DNA of 64,000 nucleotides from Heterodontus francisci (Eukaryota): NCBI RefSeq assembly GCF_036365525.1, contig NC_090383.1, positions 119,476,531 to 119,540,530 of the forward strand, read 5' to 3'. Shown piece by piece: positions 47,986 to 60,950 of this stretch (position 1 is its first letter; each line of letters starts with the position of its first letter). The notes under the pieces were generated by a model. It saw only the letters and a program-made list of their open reading frames with translations, ran no database searches and was not told where the DNA came from. The position numbers and the translations under genes were made by a program.

Positions 47986-49654
47986 GCACAGAAATCCAAA
48001 CGATTGTTCCAATGTTAAAATTCTTCTTCTAAATAGGAAAATTCCTCATTGCGGTCACACCTTCTGTTCTCCCCAGGGGTCGGCTGCGGTCGGCCATTTC
48101 CTTAGCCATGTCATCCCAATTCCCCGCTCTTTGCTTAAGGGAATAAGCCTGCATTTCTATAGAGCCTTTCACAACCTCAGGATGATCACTTTATGGCCAT
48201 TGACGTACTTGCGGAGTTTAGTCACTGCTGTAGTGCAGGAAATGCAGCATCCAATTATGCGCACAGAAAGCTTCCACAAACAGCAATGAGATAAATGACC
48301 AGATAATATTTCTTTCGTGGTGTTTGTTGAGGGAAAGGACAGGCACCCCTGCTTTTCCTGGATTAAGATTAATCCACCTCCTCGACTCTCTTCTCAATCC
48401 ACTGCTTCTTGTCTCCCGGCATTGCTGGTGAGATCAGCACCTGTGCTAAATGCATTAAAATGGCAGTGGGGTCTGAATGACATCATCAAACCCTGACTTT
48501 TGCCTGCCTAGAGGAAGAGGCAGCCAGGCTGCCCAATACCCACTGGTCAAAATGGCGAGGGTCGCACAGATGGCCCGGACAGGGTAGGTTTCAAGCTGCC
48601 ACCATTTTAAACATCTGGCCCTATTCTGCCACAAGCCTTGATCTTTGAGCTCTGGATTAAGGGTAGGTGGGAATAGGGTATAACCAGTACTCGGGAATTG
48701 GGATGAGTGCCAATGTGCTACACCATAAGACCAGGATTTGTTTCCATCATTTCCCCCCAACCCACCATCTCCCCTCCAACCATCAACCCCTCCCCATTCC
48801 CCTGTGAGGAGACAACAAACAAAAGGCCAAGAACCTCCCCACAGGGAGGGCAAATTGGAGGACGAGGGGATGAGTTGGTGGGTCCCAGCAGCATTGACAA
48901 ATTCTTGGGAGTCGGTCATCTCACTGAAACACAATAACTAACTCTGGAGAATTAAGATAACTCTCCAGAAACACATTCCAGTAAGAATGGACAATTATGA
49001 TAATCCAAAGACCTATTAATTATCTAATTTATATTCATACAGATATATTACTGGAGAAACTCATTCCCAAAAAGCATGGCACTTGCTCTGAATATGACAC
49101 CATCTACAGCGGTGAAAATAGTTGGTCCTAGGAGTGAGATTAATATTGAAGTTGTACAGGAATAAAAAAGGAGGCTACTTTCCAACAATCGAGGGCGTGG
49201 TTAGTTGGAGCAGTAAAGTTCAATTTTCTAAGAGTTTACTCTCTTTCGACACTCAGTCAGCAATGATTCATCTGTCTTACTGTGGCTGACAAACCTTTCT
49301 CATCAAGTTGCCGTTTGACTAATCCTTAGCCAATCTGCAAGAGTTAATGAAGGTGGGCGGATAATTAGCTCAAGGGGAGTTGAGTCAGTGCGGCACTTGA
49401 AGGGCTCCCATGAGTCATTGCTGCTCCCATGAGCCTCTGCTGTTCCACCTACATGACCCCCTATACAGGATTAGATCATGTTCCTCAGTTATCTCTTTAG
49501 TCAACAAACATAGGGAGATTTCAACCTTGAAGCCCCCTGAGCCTCCTAACCTTTCCCCTAATGTTGGTCTGTTCTCAGCCTAGAATATCAGGCTGGGGCA
49601 GCACAGAATCTCCAAGGATTAGTTAAGAATAATCCCAAGATGTACAGATCCCAT

Positions 49655-50160
49655 CCGGCTACTGTGTTCCGTTCTGGGCACTGCACCTTAGGAGGGATGT
49701 ATTGGCTTCGGAGGAGGTGCAACGTAGATTGACCAGAATGATACTGGGATTAAAATTGTTAAACTATGAGGACAGGTTACATAAACCATGATTGTATTCC
49801 CTCAAGTTTAGACAATTGAGGGTGGATTGATCAAGGTGTTTTGATATGGTGGGAAAATTAACAACAATGGAACATAAACTTAAAATTAGAATTAGACCAG
49901 TCAGCAGTGAAATCAGGAAACATTTCTTCCCAGAAAGGGCAGTGGAAATCCGGAACATTCTCCCCAAAAGGGCTGTGGATGTCAGGGGACAGATGGACTT
50001 TTCAGACAGAGTTAGATTTTTGTTGGTTAAGGGTATTTAGGGATATGGAACCAAGGTGGGTAAATGGGGTTGAGATACTGATTGGTCTCAATCTGATTGA
50101 ACGGCAGAACAGGCTCAAGGGGCTGAATGGCCTCCCCCTGTTCCAATGTTCCTGTTCTGT
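49655..50160 (+). mobile_element. CR1 LINE 3' fragment
   Basis: HKLKIR..EIRKHFFPERAVEIRNILP peptide and typical CR1 tail. Confidence 0.8.
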
Positions 50161-51031
50161 TCTTGAGATATGGGTAATGCTGCATTTATTGCCCAGTTGC
50201 CCAGTGGTATTCATGGGACTGGATTTACGTGCAGATGGGACCAGTGCATTCTCTTCCCTGAAGGGCTTCAGAGAACCACAATCTGGGAGTTTCACCATCA
50301 CTCTTCCTTCTGGTGCCAGCCACAAAACTGCCGTGTTTATTGAATTAATTTCCATAACTTGCCAAGGTGGGACTTGAACTCATGGCCTCTGCCCAACATC
50401 TTAACCTTAACACTCCCGAATTTGCCTGGTGCTACTTTGTTCTGCTGTGATGTGGTTTCGAGGGCACCGTGTAAAGCCTGAAACAGTGCCCGGAGCTGTA
50501 ACCAATGCATGGTGAATTCTGCAGACACTGTGCCGCTAGCAGGGCCTCACATGCGGTCAGCGCGTGTCCTAAAACTGCGGGCACCTTGCCCACTCTTGAC
50601 CCAATACCCACCAGCTGAATGTAGTCTGCAAACATTCACCCTTGCATGTCCTATCAGAGGCTAAGGTTGCAGATCGTTGCAAATGGAGATTGATTGTACT
50701 CAACATCATCCTCCCACTCATTGTATTAACGTATTTCATGGACTCAGTATCTTGCAGCATAGAAACAGTCCATCATGCCTGTGCCTTTGAAAGAATTATC
50801 TAATTAGTCCCACTCCCCCTGCACTTTCCCCATAGCCCTGCACATTTTTCTTTTTAAAGTATTTATCAAATTCCCCTTTGAAAGTGACAATAGAATTTGC
50901 TCCCACACCACAGAAACTCACTGAAAAAGAGTTTCTCCTCCTTCCCCCTGGATTTAGCCTCCTTTTTTATTTCACATTCATTTGTTAAATAAGTGACAGA
51001 TAGTCACTGTCTGCGGCAGTGAAGACCACCC

Positions 51032-51510
51032 CTACTTTATGTTCATTCGGTACTGTATTGCTTTCAGCTCTTTGACCATTTTCTGGACATTTGCATCATA
51101 GACCAGTAGCTCATTGTGTGAGTTCTGCTGCTGTATGGTTCTAAATGTTTCCTCTATGACTGACATGATTGAATCCAGGTTGTATATATCCCTGCAGGAG
51201 GTATACAACACTTCCACAGTCCCATGGAGACTGTAGAGGTAGTTGTAGCAATACTTCAGTTTGCACTTGATGTCTGCCAGGATCCCGCACGCTCTCTGCA
51301 TCTTTTCCACTTCTCTCTCTCTCCGAGTCAGGCTCTCCTTCACTCTCTCGATTTCTTTGCTTATCTCTGGTATCTGACTGTTACACTTTTTCATTTCCTC
51401 TTCATTCTGCTTGACGATGGCTCTCAGACGATGCATTTCACCCTCCACTGTCTTCACCAGCCTTTTTGTGTTATTTAGTTCCTTGTTGTAGTCGACAGTC
51501 ATCGGAATTC
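51032..51510 (-). CDS. Uncharacterised coiled-coil protein, second coding exon
   Basis: Strong acceptor CTTTGTTTTTCGTCTTCCAG|GA at 51511/51510, phase 1, matching the upstream donor; open to TAG at 51034-51032; AATAAA ~60 nt downstream (50971-50966); non-repetitive heptad-rich peptide. Confidence 0.88.
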
Positions 51511-53464
51511 CTGGAAGACGAAAAACAAAGATCATTGACAATTGTGAAATGCATTCAAGGAGGAACTGTCTGTTCTGTTGTAATGTGTCTTCTAAATATC
51601 GGGCTGTGAGTTACAGGATTTTCACTGAAAAGAGTTTGCCGAGGAGGGATGTAAATGAACTTAGTACCTGTAGACTGCGAGAATGAATGTGGCTATAATG
51701 TCTGCTCCTGACCTAATTATAAACCTATTCTCTTGTGCTCTTCTTCACAAAGCTTGGGTGTTTGACCCTTTGTCAAAAATCTGACTTTGTGCCTTTGGAC
51801 TAAACTTAAAGAACTTTTCCCAAGATTATTGCTCAGGGCTCCTCAGTGGCTGACAGCGACTGATTAGTGACAGCAAGTCATGCATTCTCTTTATGCCTTC
51901 TCCATGTTACTGGGTGTTTGATTCGTGGGGAGTGTGAGGATAAAGAGTTGGATCAAATGTGTTCAGCTGAGATATCTTGGGCGAGTATGCAGTGAAGACG
52001 GGCTTCAATGATAGCAAAACTTTTACTTGAAAAGAGCGTGAAAACCTGCTGATTTAAGCTAAAGGACAATGAAAAGACAGTACGAGAAAGTTGGTGAACT
52101 TCTGTTGTCTGAGCACTCCTCCAATGACGTAGTACTGAGGCAGACGGACCTGGGAGGTGCCAGAATCGATCCCTAGTCTGGGCTGAGCAATTGGTGGGCC
52201 TCAGCATTGACAAAACAATCACCATCACGGTTTTCAGTTTTTCTGGGCTAGATAGGAGAACAGTCAGTGAGGAATCCCACTCCTGATCAATATCCAGTGG
52301 CCTCTGTTCCACAGTCAGAGCTTTTAGACATTAAAGCGTAGAGATTTCTGCCAGTGACTATGCTTGTGGTGACTCCTCTTCATTCTGTTGAGGCTTTATC
52401 CAGCACCGATAAATGGTTAATGTCCTTCATTAATGGTTTGAATTCTGCCTTTAAAATCCCCCTGACCCAGCAGACTGCGACTCCAGCTTAATGTCACATT
52501 CAAAGGACAATAGGCCACTTCCTCAGTACTGCCTGGGGTGTGAAGGGAAGTGTGGAGGTGGTGAGGTAACGACCACCTTTGCGCTTCTAGGCAGTGGAGA
52601 TTGCCGGTACTGAAGAATCCTTTACAATAGTGGAGTCAAGAGGAGGACAAGCTGCTGAGATAGAAAGTAGAGGAAGGAGCAGCGAAAACACAAAACTGTT
52701 GCTCCATAATTTCAGTGGAAAAGCCACTGCAGCGTATAATCAGCCCAGTTGGAAGTTAAAATTGCAGACAGGTTGTGGTCTATGTGTGAGAATCTGCTGA
52801 AAGGACCATAGAGTAGCAACAAGAGCCTCGTCTAAGGTAAAGGGATGAGTCATTGCTCCGTTAAAGGGTTCTGAAATCAGAAATGATTAAAGATAAAAAA
52901 TCTCTGTTGTCCAAGACAACGGGATGCAGTCTGAAGTAAAGTCCTATGGTGACCAGCTGAAGAAGGAGATACAGTTCATTCCTACTAAAGCTGATGGACA
53001 CTGTCTTTCAGATTGAAGTGCCATGATCTCATTGATCTGTGTAAGCAACTCATCTCAAAAACCCCTCGGACCCCTCCAGCTGTTATACTATTGATTGGAG
53101 CAGGTAGACTTGGCTCTCTATACCTGGAGCTCTAGGCCAGGGGTGTAGTGTTATATCCCTTCATCTTCAGACTGAAAACTTCACCTTGCAAATCCCTTGT
53201 TGCTCTTCTTCTGTGTTTGGCGGATTAAAGGTTTCCCGATGGGATATCTGAAATGTTCCAGCAGAAGGTGAAATAAAACTCGGGGTAAATTTAAACCTTC
53301 CTTAAAAACCTACTCCTCCACAGACATGGTGAGATTTTGGGAATTGGGTGGAACAGTTTAGCTTCCAGAATGTCTCAGCACTCCAGATGGTTAAACATCA
53401 AATCTTGCTGCCCAATTATAGAGTTTCAGGAACAGCTGTATAGAGGGGCACGGTTGATTCCTGT

Positions 53465-53600
53465 CTCCATTCTGTGATTCCCAAATCTGTTGTATAATTC
53501 CCATCTCTACCCTGTGATTCCCATCTCTACCCTGTGATTCCCGACTCTGACCTGTGATTCTTGATTCTGTCCTGTGATTCCCGACTTTATCCTATGCATC
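53465..53600. repeat. Short 20-bp tandem repeat (CTGTGATTCCCATCTCTACC), ~6 degenerate copies
   Basis: Visible in sequence. Confidence 0.7.
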
Positions 53601-54474
53601 CTATCTCTGTCGTGTGACTTACTGACCATTCCATGATCAATGATTACACTGTCCAGTCTGGTCTCTTGAAGGATCACTCTTTTCTGCCTGGTGCTGAATG
53701 ACTGGCTAATGATATTCTCCATGAGGAAGGTGAGGGGCACATTGCCAATGGAGGAATGTTCCTGGAATCCGTCCTACTTAGGGCAGGGAATGGGAAACAA
53801 CTGGACTTGACCCGGGAGAAAAGAATTCCTGCTTGCTGGCTGTGGTCGAACTACAAACAAATGAAATCCACGAGTCAGGCTGGTAGGATCATAGAGACAG
53901 GTTACCCCCTCCCCCTCTCAACCCACATCAGCTCTGGATTCCTGTTGGTATTGATGATTATCGAGTCTCCCCACAGTCGAGCCTATTTCCTACCTTTTGT
54001 TATGGGTGGCATCTGGTCCAGGGGGTACATGTGTTCCCTAGGGCTGGAAGTAAAGGTTGAGTCTTCTCCTAGAACTATTTGATCAGCACTGTGGCAGTCT
54101 AAGTGACAAAAAAACACTGGTCAGAAATTGGGAGTTATCCTTATTGGGAGCACGGACATGGTAGCAATGACTGGCTGGAAAGCTCACAACACCATTGATC
54201 TCAGCTCAGCTCCATTAGGGTGAAAAGAAAGATCCCTGAGAAAAGACACCAGCATCCACACACCATAGGCAGCCGAGTTCCAGTGAGCCCCAAATATCAT
54301 CTGCTGTCAGTTACCCTCCTGCTTTATGGATTATATTTCCTTATCCTGTAAATCAATCTCTTCACCACCAAGAGGTCATCATGCTGCTTTGTAGGAAGGT
54401 AAATGCTTCTTCGACAGTGAAGGTAGTGGAAGCTCACATGCTCTCCAAGCAGAAAGGTAAAGGAGCAATAGTCA

Positions 54475-54778
54475 GAAAGAAAGTCTTGCATTTCTATAGC
54501 ACCTTTCATGACATCAGGATGGCCCAAAGTGCTTTCCAGCCAATGAAATAGTTTTGAAGTGTCGTCACTGTTGTAATGTAGGAAACTCAGCAGCCAATTT
54601 TCACACAGCAAGATCCCACAAACAGTAATGCGATAAAGCCGAGACAATCTGTTTTAGTGATGTTGGTTGAGGGATAAATATTCGCCCTGGGGAGAACGCC
54701 CCTGCTGTTCATAATGAGGATCTTTTGTATCCACCTCAGAGGGCAGATGGAGTCTCGATTTAGCGTCTCATCAAAATG
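54475..54778 (-). mobile_element. Deu-type SINE 3' part
   Basis: Same core and tail as 445-850. Confidence 0.7.
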
Positions 54779-55015
54779 TTGCATACATTCTGTGAAAGCC
54801 AAATTGTTGCTTTGGAAACCCTTCCTTATCTTTTTAATCTTCCTGAACCTAAATATTTGGAGATCCCGTGATGTAGCATTGTGAGATGAATCTATTTACA
54901 ACCCTTATCTTTGGACATGTTTACACACTGCCTGTTGTTTGGAATCTTAATATTCCCTTGCTGTTCACCCCATGGATCTATAAGGACCTTGAACATTACT
55001 CTGAGTGCCTCTTAC

Positions 55016-55505
55016 CAACACAAGGAACGAGGAGCATTAAACCAATGCCCATATCCCTGCCAGTGGCTTTCTCTCCTTTCCTTGCCTCTGCGATGTTCAG
55101 GGCATCCTCCGTGTGTTGCAGGGACAATCTGGCAGCTTGAAGCTGATCATTGACCTGGTATCTGCGACTCTCCAGTGTTATCAGCTCGTCCTTCTTGAGC
55201 CACAGGCTTTCCTCCAGATTCTTTCTGTCTACCTGCGCTTTGTCAAACTCCTCCGTCAGCTGCAGGGTCTCAGCCGTCAGTGAGTCAATCATACCCGTGG
55301 CCCCTTCCTTGGCCATGCTTATCTCCTCATAGGCCAACCCAACATCCATCTTCACCTTCACACATTCCGACTCCTCGAGTTCCTTGTCACCGAGGGTGAC
55401 GGCAGAGTTAGCGAAGGACAAGATGGCAGATATCCCGCTCACAAAATGGGGCAAAGTGACATCTTTGAACTTCTTCTCATATGTTTCATAATCCAGCGTA
55501 GTCAT
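55016..55505 (-). CDS. Uncharacterised coiled-coil protein, first coding exon
   Basis: Acceptor CTGCAG|AGCAACCATG with good Kozak context; 163 codons + 1 nt; donor TTG|GTAAGA; joins 51510 to give a 322-aa protein. Confidence 0.88.
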
Positions 55506-56589
55506 GGTTGCTCTGCAGTGTCACAAAATATAAAACAGGAAGCTCATTAGTGATTGAGCAATGCATTAGGATCAGTTTCTTTGAGCTCTGCCGAATTCAC
55601 CATTACAAAGAATTATTGGCCAGTCTCACAAATCTAATCATTTGCTTCTAATGCTCTGTATCTTTTACATTTAGGTTTCTTGCAAGCATAGAAAATCTCA
55701 TCTAAAGGGATAAGTAATGGCATTTTGCTTTTAAGGTTTCTTTGAGCTTTTGAAGAAAAATTGTAAGTTCTTCAAAATCCCATTAAGGCAGTCCCTAGGC
55801 TGATAAATTGCCTGACATCCTCCACTCAAAATCTCTCTTCCCTTCTCCTTGTCTACTAACTGCTGGATATGTAATTGAGCCATGATTAATACATACTCTA
55901 CATCAGGTCTCCTGATACAATCTCACTTCTCCAGTATCTATAATTCACCTCAATCAGCCGTCCAATCAGCAGTGCTGATTCATGTGCCATTTTGTCAATT
56001 CTGGGCTGTACCAAGTGCTGGTACGTTAATGCTGGAGCAAGAAAATCTAGGGTGGGGACTGAAACCACGATCTTCTGACTCAGAAAGCCGTAATTCACTC
56101 TAATAGGCGCTAGATTGGCACTCAGAGTCAGAAGGACCACAGATATGGCTGGGGTTGAAGCTGAAGTTTTGCACCAGGGCAGTAGGGGGCAATGTTCTGC
56201 AGTTGGGGTCAAAGCATCTTGTTGAGGAAGGGGAGATGATTCATTCTCAATCAAACTCCTGTTATACCTGACCTGGGAGAACGTCTCACTGACACAAGGG
56301 CAAAAATATTAGTGTATTTATATGGAAAATATAGAAAGAGAACAAAGTTAGATAGACCCAATCAAAATTGTATCTTTTATACCATAGGTAGAACCTTTAA
56401 TTTCATTGACTGTGAAGTCACCAAATTAATATGTAAAGGAGCATATTTTTAATCCCGCATTGCAGCTATGAATATAGAAACAAATTAATCTTAAGCAGCA
56501 GTTGCTCCTGTTGACTCCCCAGGGCTGTTACTCAAAGTTGAACAGACAGATCAGATTGAGACTGTCAACTCCCGCCCACCCCGACAAAC

Positions 56590-56920
56590 AGTAACATAGA
56601 ATTAACAGCACAGAAACAGGCCATTCGGCCCAACTGGTCTGTGCCAGCGTTTATGCTCCGCACGAGCCTCCGCCCATCGTTCTTCATCTCATCCAATCAG
56701 CATATCCTTCTGTTCCTTACTCCCTCATATGTTTATGCAGATTTACCTTAAATACATCAATACAATTCTCTTCAACTACTCCCTGTGGGAGCGAGTTCCA
56801 CATTCTCACCACTCTCTGGAGAAAGAAGTTTCTCCTGAATTCCATATTGGATTTATTAGTGACTATCTTATATTTATAATCCCTAGCTTTGGTCTTGCTC
56901 ACAATTGGAATCATCTTTCC
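56590..56920 (-). mobile_element. CR1 LINE 3' fragment
   Basis: FRRNFFLQRVVRMWNSLPQGVVE peptide. Confidence 0.8.
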
Positions 56921-57595
56921 CTTAGCCTGATTCCAGTTTCCCAGGCAGTGTGGGAGGTGACTGTAGATGCAAAAGTTTGAAATCTGCGCATGCCAGGAAG
57001 TATTCTGGAGGGAAAAAGAACAACAGAGCAAGGCCCCTTTAAAACAAAATCACACGAGAAATGAATGATTCCCCGTTAACAAGACACAGCATTGGCAAAC
57101 GTGACTAAATATTGCAGGCCCTGCCTTCAATGATATAACTTTGAATAAATAAATTCACCACATGCAGTAACACAAAATGTCCTATTGTCAAGATGCAGTG
57201 CTGAAGATCAACACTAGTGTGGAGGGCAGCAATAAAGTGTGGGACTGAGCCTCCCACACCCAGTCAGGCTCTCATGCAATACAACACACCACCACCATCT
57301 GCCTCTCCGACAGTCCTTACAATGTGTTCCGTACTGTAAATACATCAAACTATAGCACTCTTCAATCACCATTAACACTGGCAAAAATAGCTTGTACAAT
57401 ATCGTATGAATAATAGAAGAATAACATAATCAGAAGTAAACTGATAATAACAGTTCTCAGAATGATTCCAATGAGTTCTGATTTCTGTCATTTCATTGTA
57501 TTGAGCTTAGTAATACAAATTCTTTTAATTTAGCCTCAGATCTGTCGAGTGTCTGCTTGACAGTTTGTGACTTAGATCAGCCATTTAATCAGATT

Positions 57596-58027
57596 TATCC
57601 TCTCCCTCCCTTTCCCTATCTCCCTCCCCTTTCCTCTCCCTCCCTTTTCTCTCCTTCTGCACCCTCTCCCTCTCACTTTCCTTGTCCCTATCTCCCTCTC
57701 TCCTTCACTTCTCTCCATCTCCTTCTCCCCTTCTCTCTCTATCTCCCCTGTCCCTATATCTCCCTCTCCTTCTCCCCCTCCTCCACCCTTTCATCTCCCT
57801 ATCTCCCTGTCTCCTTCCCTCTCTCTCCTTCTCCCCCTCCTCCACCCTTTCCCTTCCTATCTTACTGTTTCCTTCCCTCCCTCTTCCTCTCTCCTCCCTC
57901 TCCCTCTCCCCCTCCGCCACCTTTCGCCTCTCCCTATCACCCTCTCCATCTGCTTCTCCCTCTCTAGCTCCCTCTCTCCTTCCCTGTCCCTCTCTCTTTC
58001 TTCCTCTCTCAATCCTCCTGTTTCCTG
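57596..58027. repeat. Polypyrimidine low-complexity tract
   Basis: ~430 bp almost entirely C/T on + strand; a polypurine tract lies at 45480-45750. Confidence 0.9.
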
Positions 58028-59558
58028 TAATTTCTAATGACTGAATTTTTCTCTCTTCATATACTCTCAATGTTCACATTTGTTGCTCTCACAATAAAAC
58101 TTGCCGTTAGAATTCTCAGTTAAAAATCAGGACCCTCATTTCTGATTCAAAAACAGAAATCAGGAACCAGATTTCTTTCTCAAGCTTACCGCGCCCAGAT
58201 TTCCAGATTTGTCTATCCTACCAAGGAGTTGAGTGGCTGATTCTCTCTCATGTACAATAACATTTTACTAACAGAGCCTTCCTAACTCATAAATAGTAGG
58301 CAATGAAAGTTCTCTCCAAAATAAAATGATGTAGCTTGATTTTGACTTTATAATAAAGATGACATTCATAATGTTCTCTCACTCAGAACAAAACTTCAAT
58401 GTCCAGACATTTTTCTTTTCACTCTGTGCCTCTTTGTCTCTGTGTCTGACCTTATATACAATAAAGCTCAGAAGCAGGGATTTTTCTTTTTAAAAAAAGA
58501 TTCACGTAGTGGCTGACTGTCTATTAATTCTCCCCCAGATCGGTCTTGGGAACAGAATTCTGTGAGTGAATTTCTTCTGAAAAGTAAACTTGTTGGATAG
58601 ATATCTCTCTCAAAAAAACAAACTTCGTTTCAAGATCTCTCTCCCTTTCTCTACCTTAAACAAAAAAACACACTTTTCACTTTTGAAAATAAAAATTGTG
58701 GGCGAACTTTTATAAATCTTTGCTGTTTACAGTTATTTTATTTTTAAAAACATAACTCAAGTTGGCTTCACTCTCTGAAGGACAAGAGGGTGAAGAAATT
58801 TATCTCTCCCTCTCAACACTGAATTTTGAGATCAGACTTTTGTCTCTCTGTATATTTTCAGACATGTCTCTCCTTCTAAAAACCAAACACTGTTGAGTTC
58901 TCTCTTGTCAACTAAAATGCCGGGGAGACTTTTTTATTTCTCTCGAAAACCTCCAAACAAACTTGATCTCAAATCCAGGCAGGGATTTATTTGAGAAATT
59001 ATATAACCCTTGCTCATAAACACAATTCAAAGTCCTGATTTTTTTTGTCCCAATTAAATCTCTTCGCTGGTGAGACCCAACTTCCTTCACTGAAGTGTGA
59101 CAGAAGCACGAGATTGGAAAGGGCTACGGGCGCGGTCAGAAGCTGCTAACACACTTGCTGAAGATACACAAACCACGAGGCTCGATCCACCCTGGCTTCT
59201 CGATGCAGGGAATGAATCCTAATCTACCAGAAAAGTCTTTCAAACACTTGGATCCTGAACTAGCTCGACCTGAATCCCACTTTATTTCAGTTCAATCAGC
59301 TCAAAGCTATCACCAACCTCACTGGATAAACTTTCACTATTTCCCCCCCCCCCCACCTTCTTAACACGATAATATCATCGAGGACCGATTAGCTCACTCT
59401 GAGCACGTGCAAAAGGAGCTAAATCCCACGCAAACTGCTACATAGGAACCTTTCTGGGAAGAAAAATCCACCAAGAAACACAAAGCCCAAGACAGGGGGG
59501 AAACTCTCCTGCACACTGAGGCAAAGAAACGTCGAAACAACTCTAAAATGTTACTCAC

Positions 59559-59740
59559 TGTTCAATCCTGTCGAGTTGTCCTTAAATAAAATTCAATTTT
59601 CCTTCTTTTCCAATAATGAGAGAGCTTCTAGTCTGCAGGAGAAAGCTTAGATCCAAATGGTGGATGGAAGGAAATTCAGCAAATTCAACCATACAGCCAG
59701 TAACTAACAGCAAAAACTGTGGTGTAGCTGCTTTTATACC
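59559..59740 (-). promoter_or_regulatory. Candidate TATA promoter and non-coding first exon of the coiled-coil gene
   Basis: TATAAAAG at 59738-59731 (- strand) and consensus donor CA|GTGAGT at 59559/59558; a second candidate is TATATAA near 58458 with donor GCG|GTAAGC at 58190/58189. Confidence 0.45.
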
Positions 59741-60611
59741 AGGCTCAGTGATGGGAGGGGCATATTTCTAACAGACAAGTGGATGGAGGAGCATTAATGT
59801 ATTTAAGTCCATCCCTCCTCCTTCAGGTTCCCCAGTTTGATTCTTACCCTGCATCCTGGGCACAGAGACCTGGTAGAAAGCTGCATTGACTCAGGTCCAC
59901 TGAACTAAAGACCACATCCATAGGCTTTACTCAGAGCTCCCTGAATCATGGATATTCAGACAGGAGAGGGCCGACCTTCCTCCCGTGCCCTCCACCCGCA
60001 CTCCACCCCCCCCCACCCAATATCATGGATCTACAATATCTCATCAGATGCACCTGTTGGAGACTTTCCACAATCAATATGGGCCATCCAGCTTTCGAAC
60101 TGTCTGTGTTCATGTCACAATTGAGAAATTATATATCCGGAAATCATTTAACGTTGCAGAATTGCAAACTCTTCAAACTAAGACAATTTGTAATTAGTTT
60201 TGGGAAGAAATTGCTTCTGATTCAGCAAGCAGTGCATCATTGGTTGGATGATAGGGAATCGATTGCTGCAATCCAATATATACAAGAAGCTGACTGAGGT
60301 GTCAAGAAATACTGTGGGTTGGGGACCTGATAGTATCAGATTTTGCTGATGAAATGAGCCTGGGACAGACTGCAACGCAAGGATATATATGTCGCTAGAT
60401 TTATGGTGTGCTTTCTGCAGACTTTGTGCTACTGCTTGAAACAATTCATTCAAACAACTTTCACTCACAAGGACGCAAAAGTTTTAAAGAAGAAAATGGT
60501 GTAACAGCCTGGAAAAGATCTAGTGATGGAAAACTGGGCGAATGGGAAATGATTGAACAGTTACAGTGAGTAGGCTATTTGGAGAAGTCTTCGTTCAGGC
60601 CATTAATCAGG

Positions 60612-60950
60612 ACATGGAAACATAAAACAGGAGTAGGCCATTTAGCCCCTCGAGTTTGTTCCATCATTCAATGAGATCATGGCCGATCTGTGACCTAACT
60701 CCATAAATCCTCCTTTGTCCCATATCCCTTAATACCTTTGGTTAACAAAAATCTATCAATCTCAGATTTACAATTAACAATTGAACCAGCATTAATTGCC
60801 ATTTATGGAAGAGAGTTCCAAAAATCTACCACCCTTTTGTCTGTTGAAATGTTTCTTAACTTCACTCCTGAAAAGCCTGATCCTAATTTTTAGACCATGT
60901 CCCTGAGTCCTAGACTCCCCAATTAGTGCAAATAGCTTCTCTCTATTGAC
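60612..60950 (-). mobile_element. CR1 LINE 3' fragment
   Basis: Same tail as 9890-10118. Confidence 0.75.

Noticed and set aside
50432-50635. 67-aa Cys-containing ORF vaguely like a PAN/apple domain
   Set aside because: In-frame stop immediately upstream, no compatible splice phase, and unconvincing Cys spacing.
51032-55505. Assignment as PEX3, a tropomyosin/myosin/SMC fragment, or a LINE ORF1
   Set aside because: No PEX3 motifs or many-small-exon structure; no such family motifs recognised; it has a spliceosomal intron and no adjacent ORF2.
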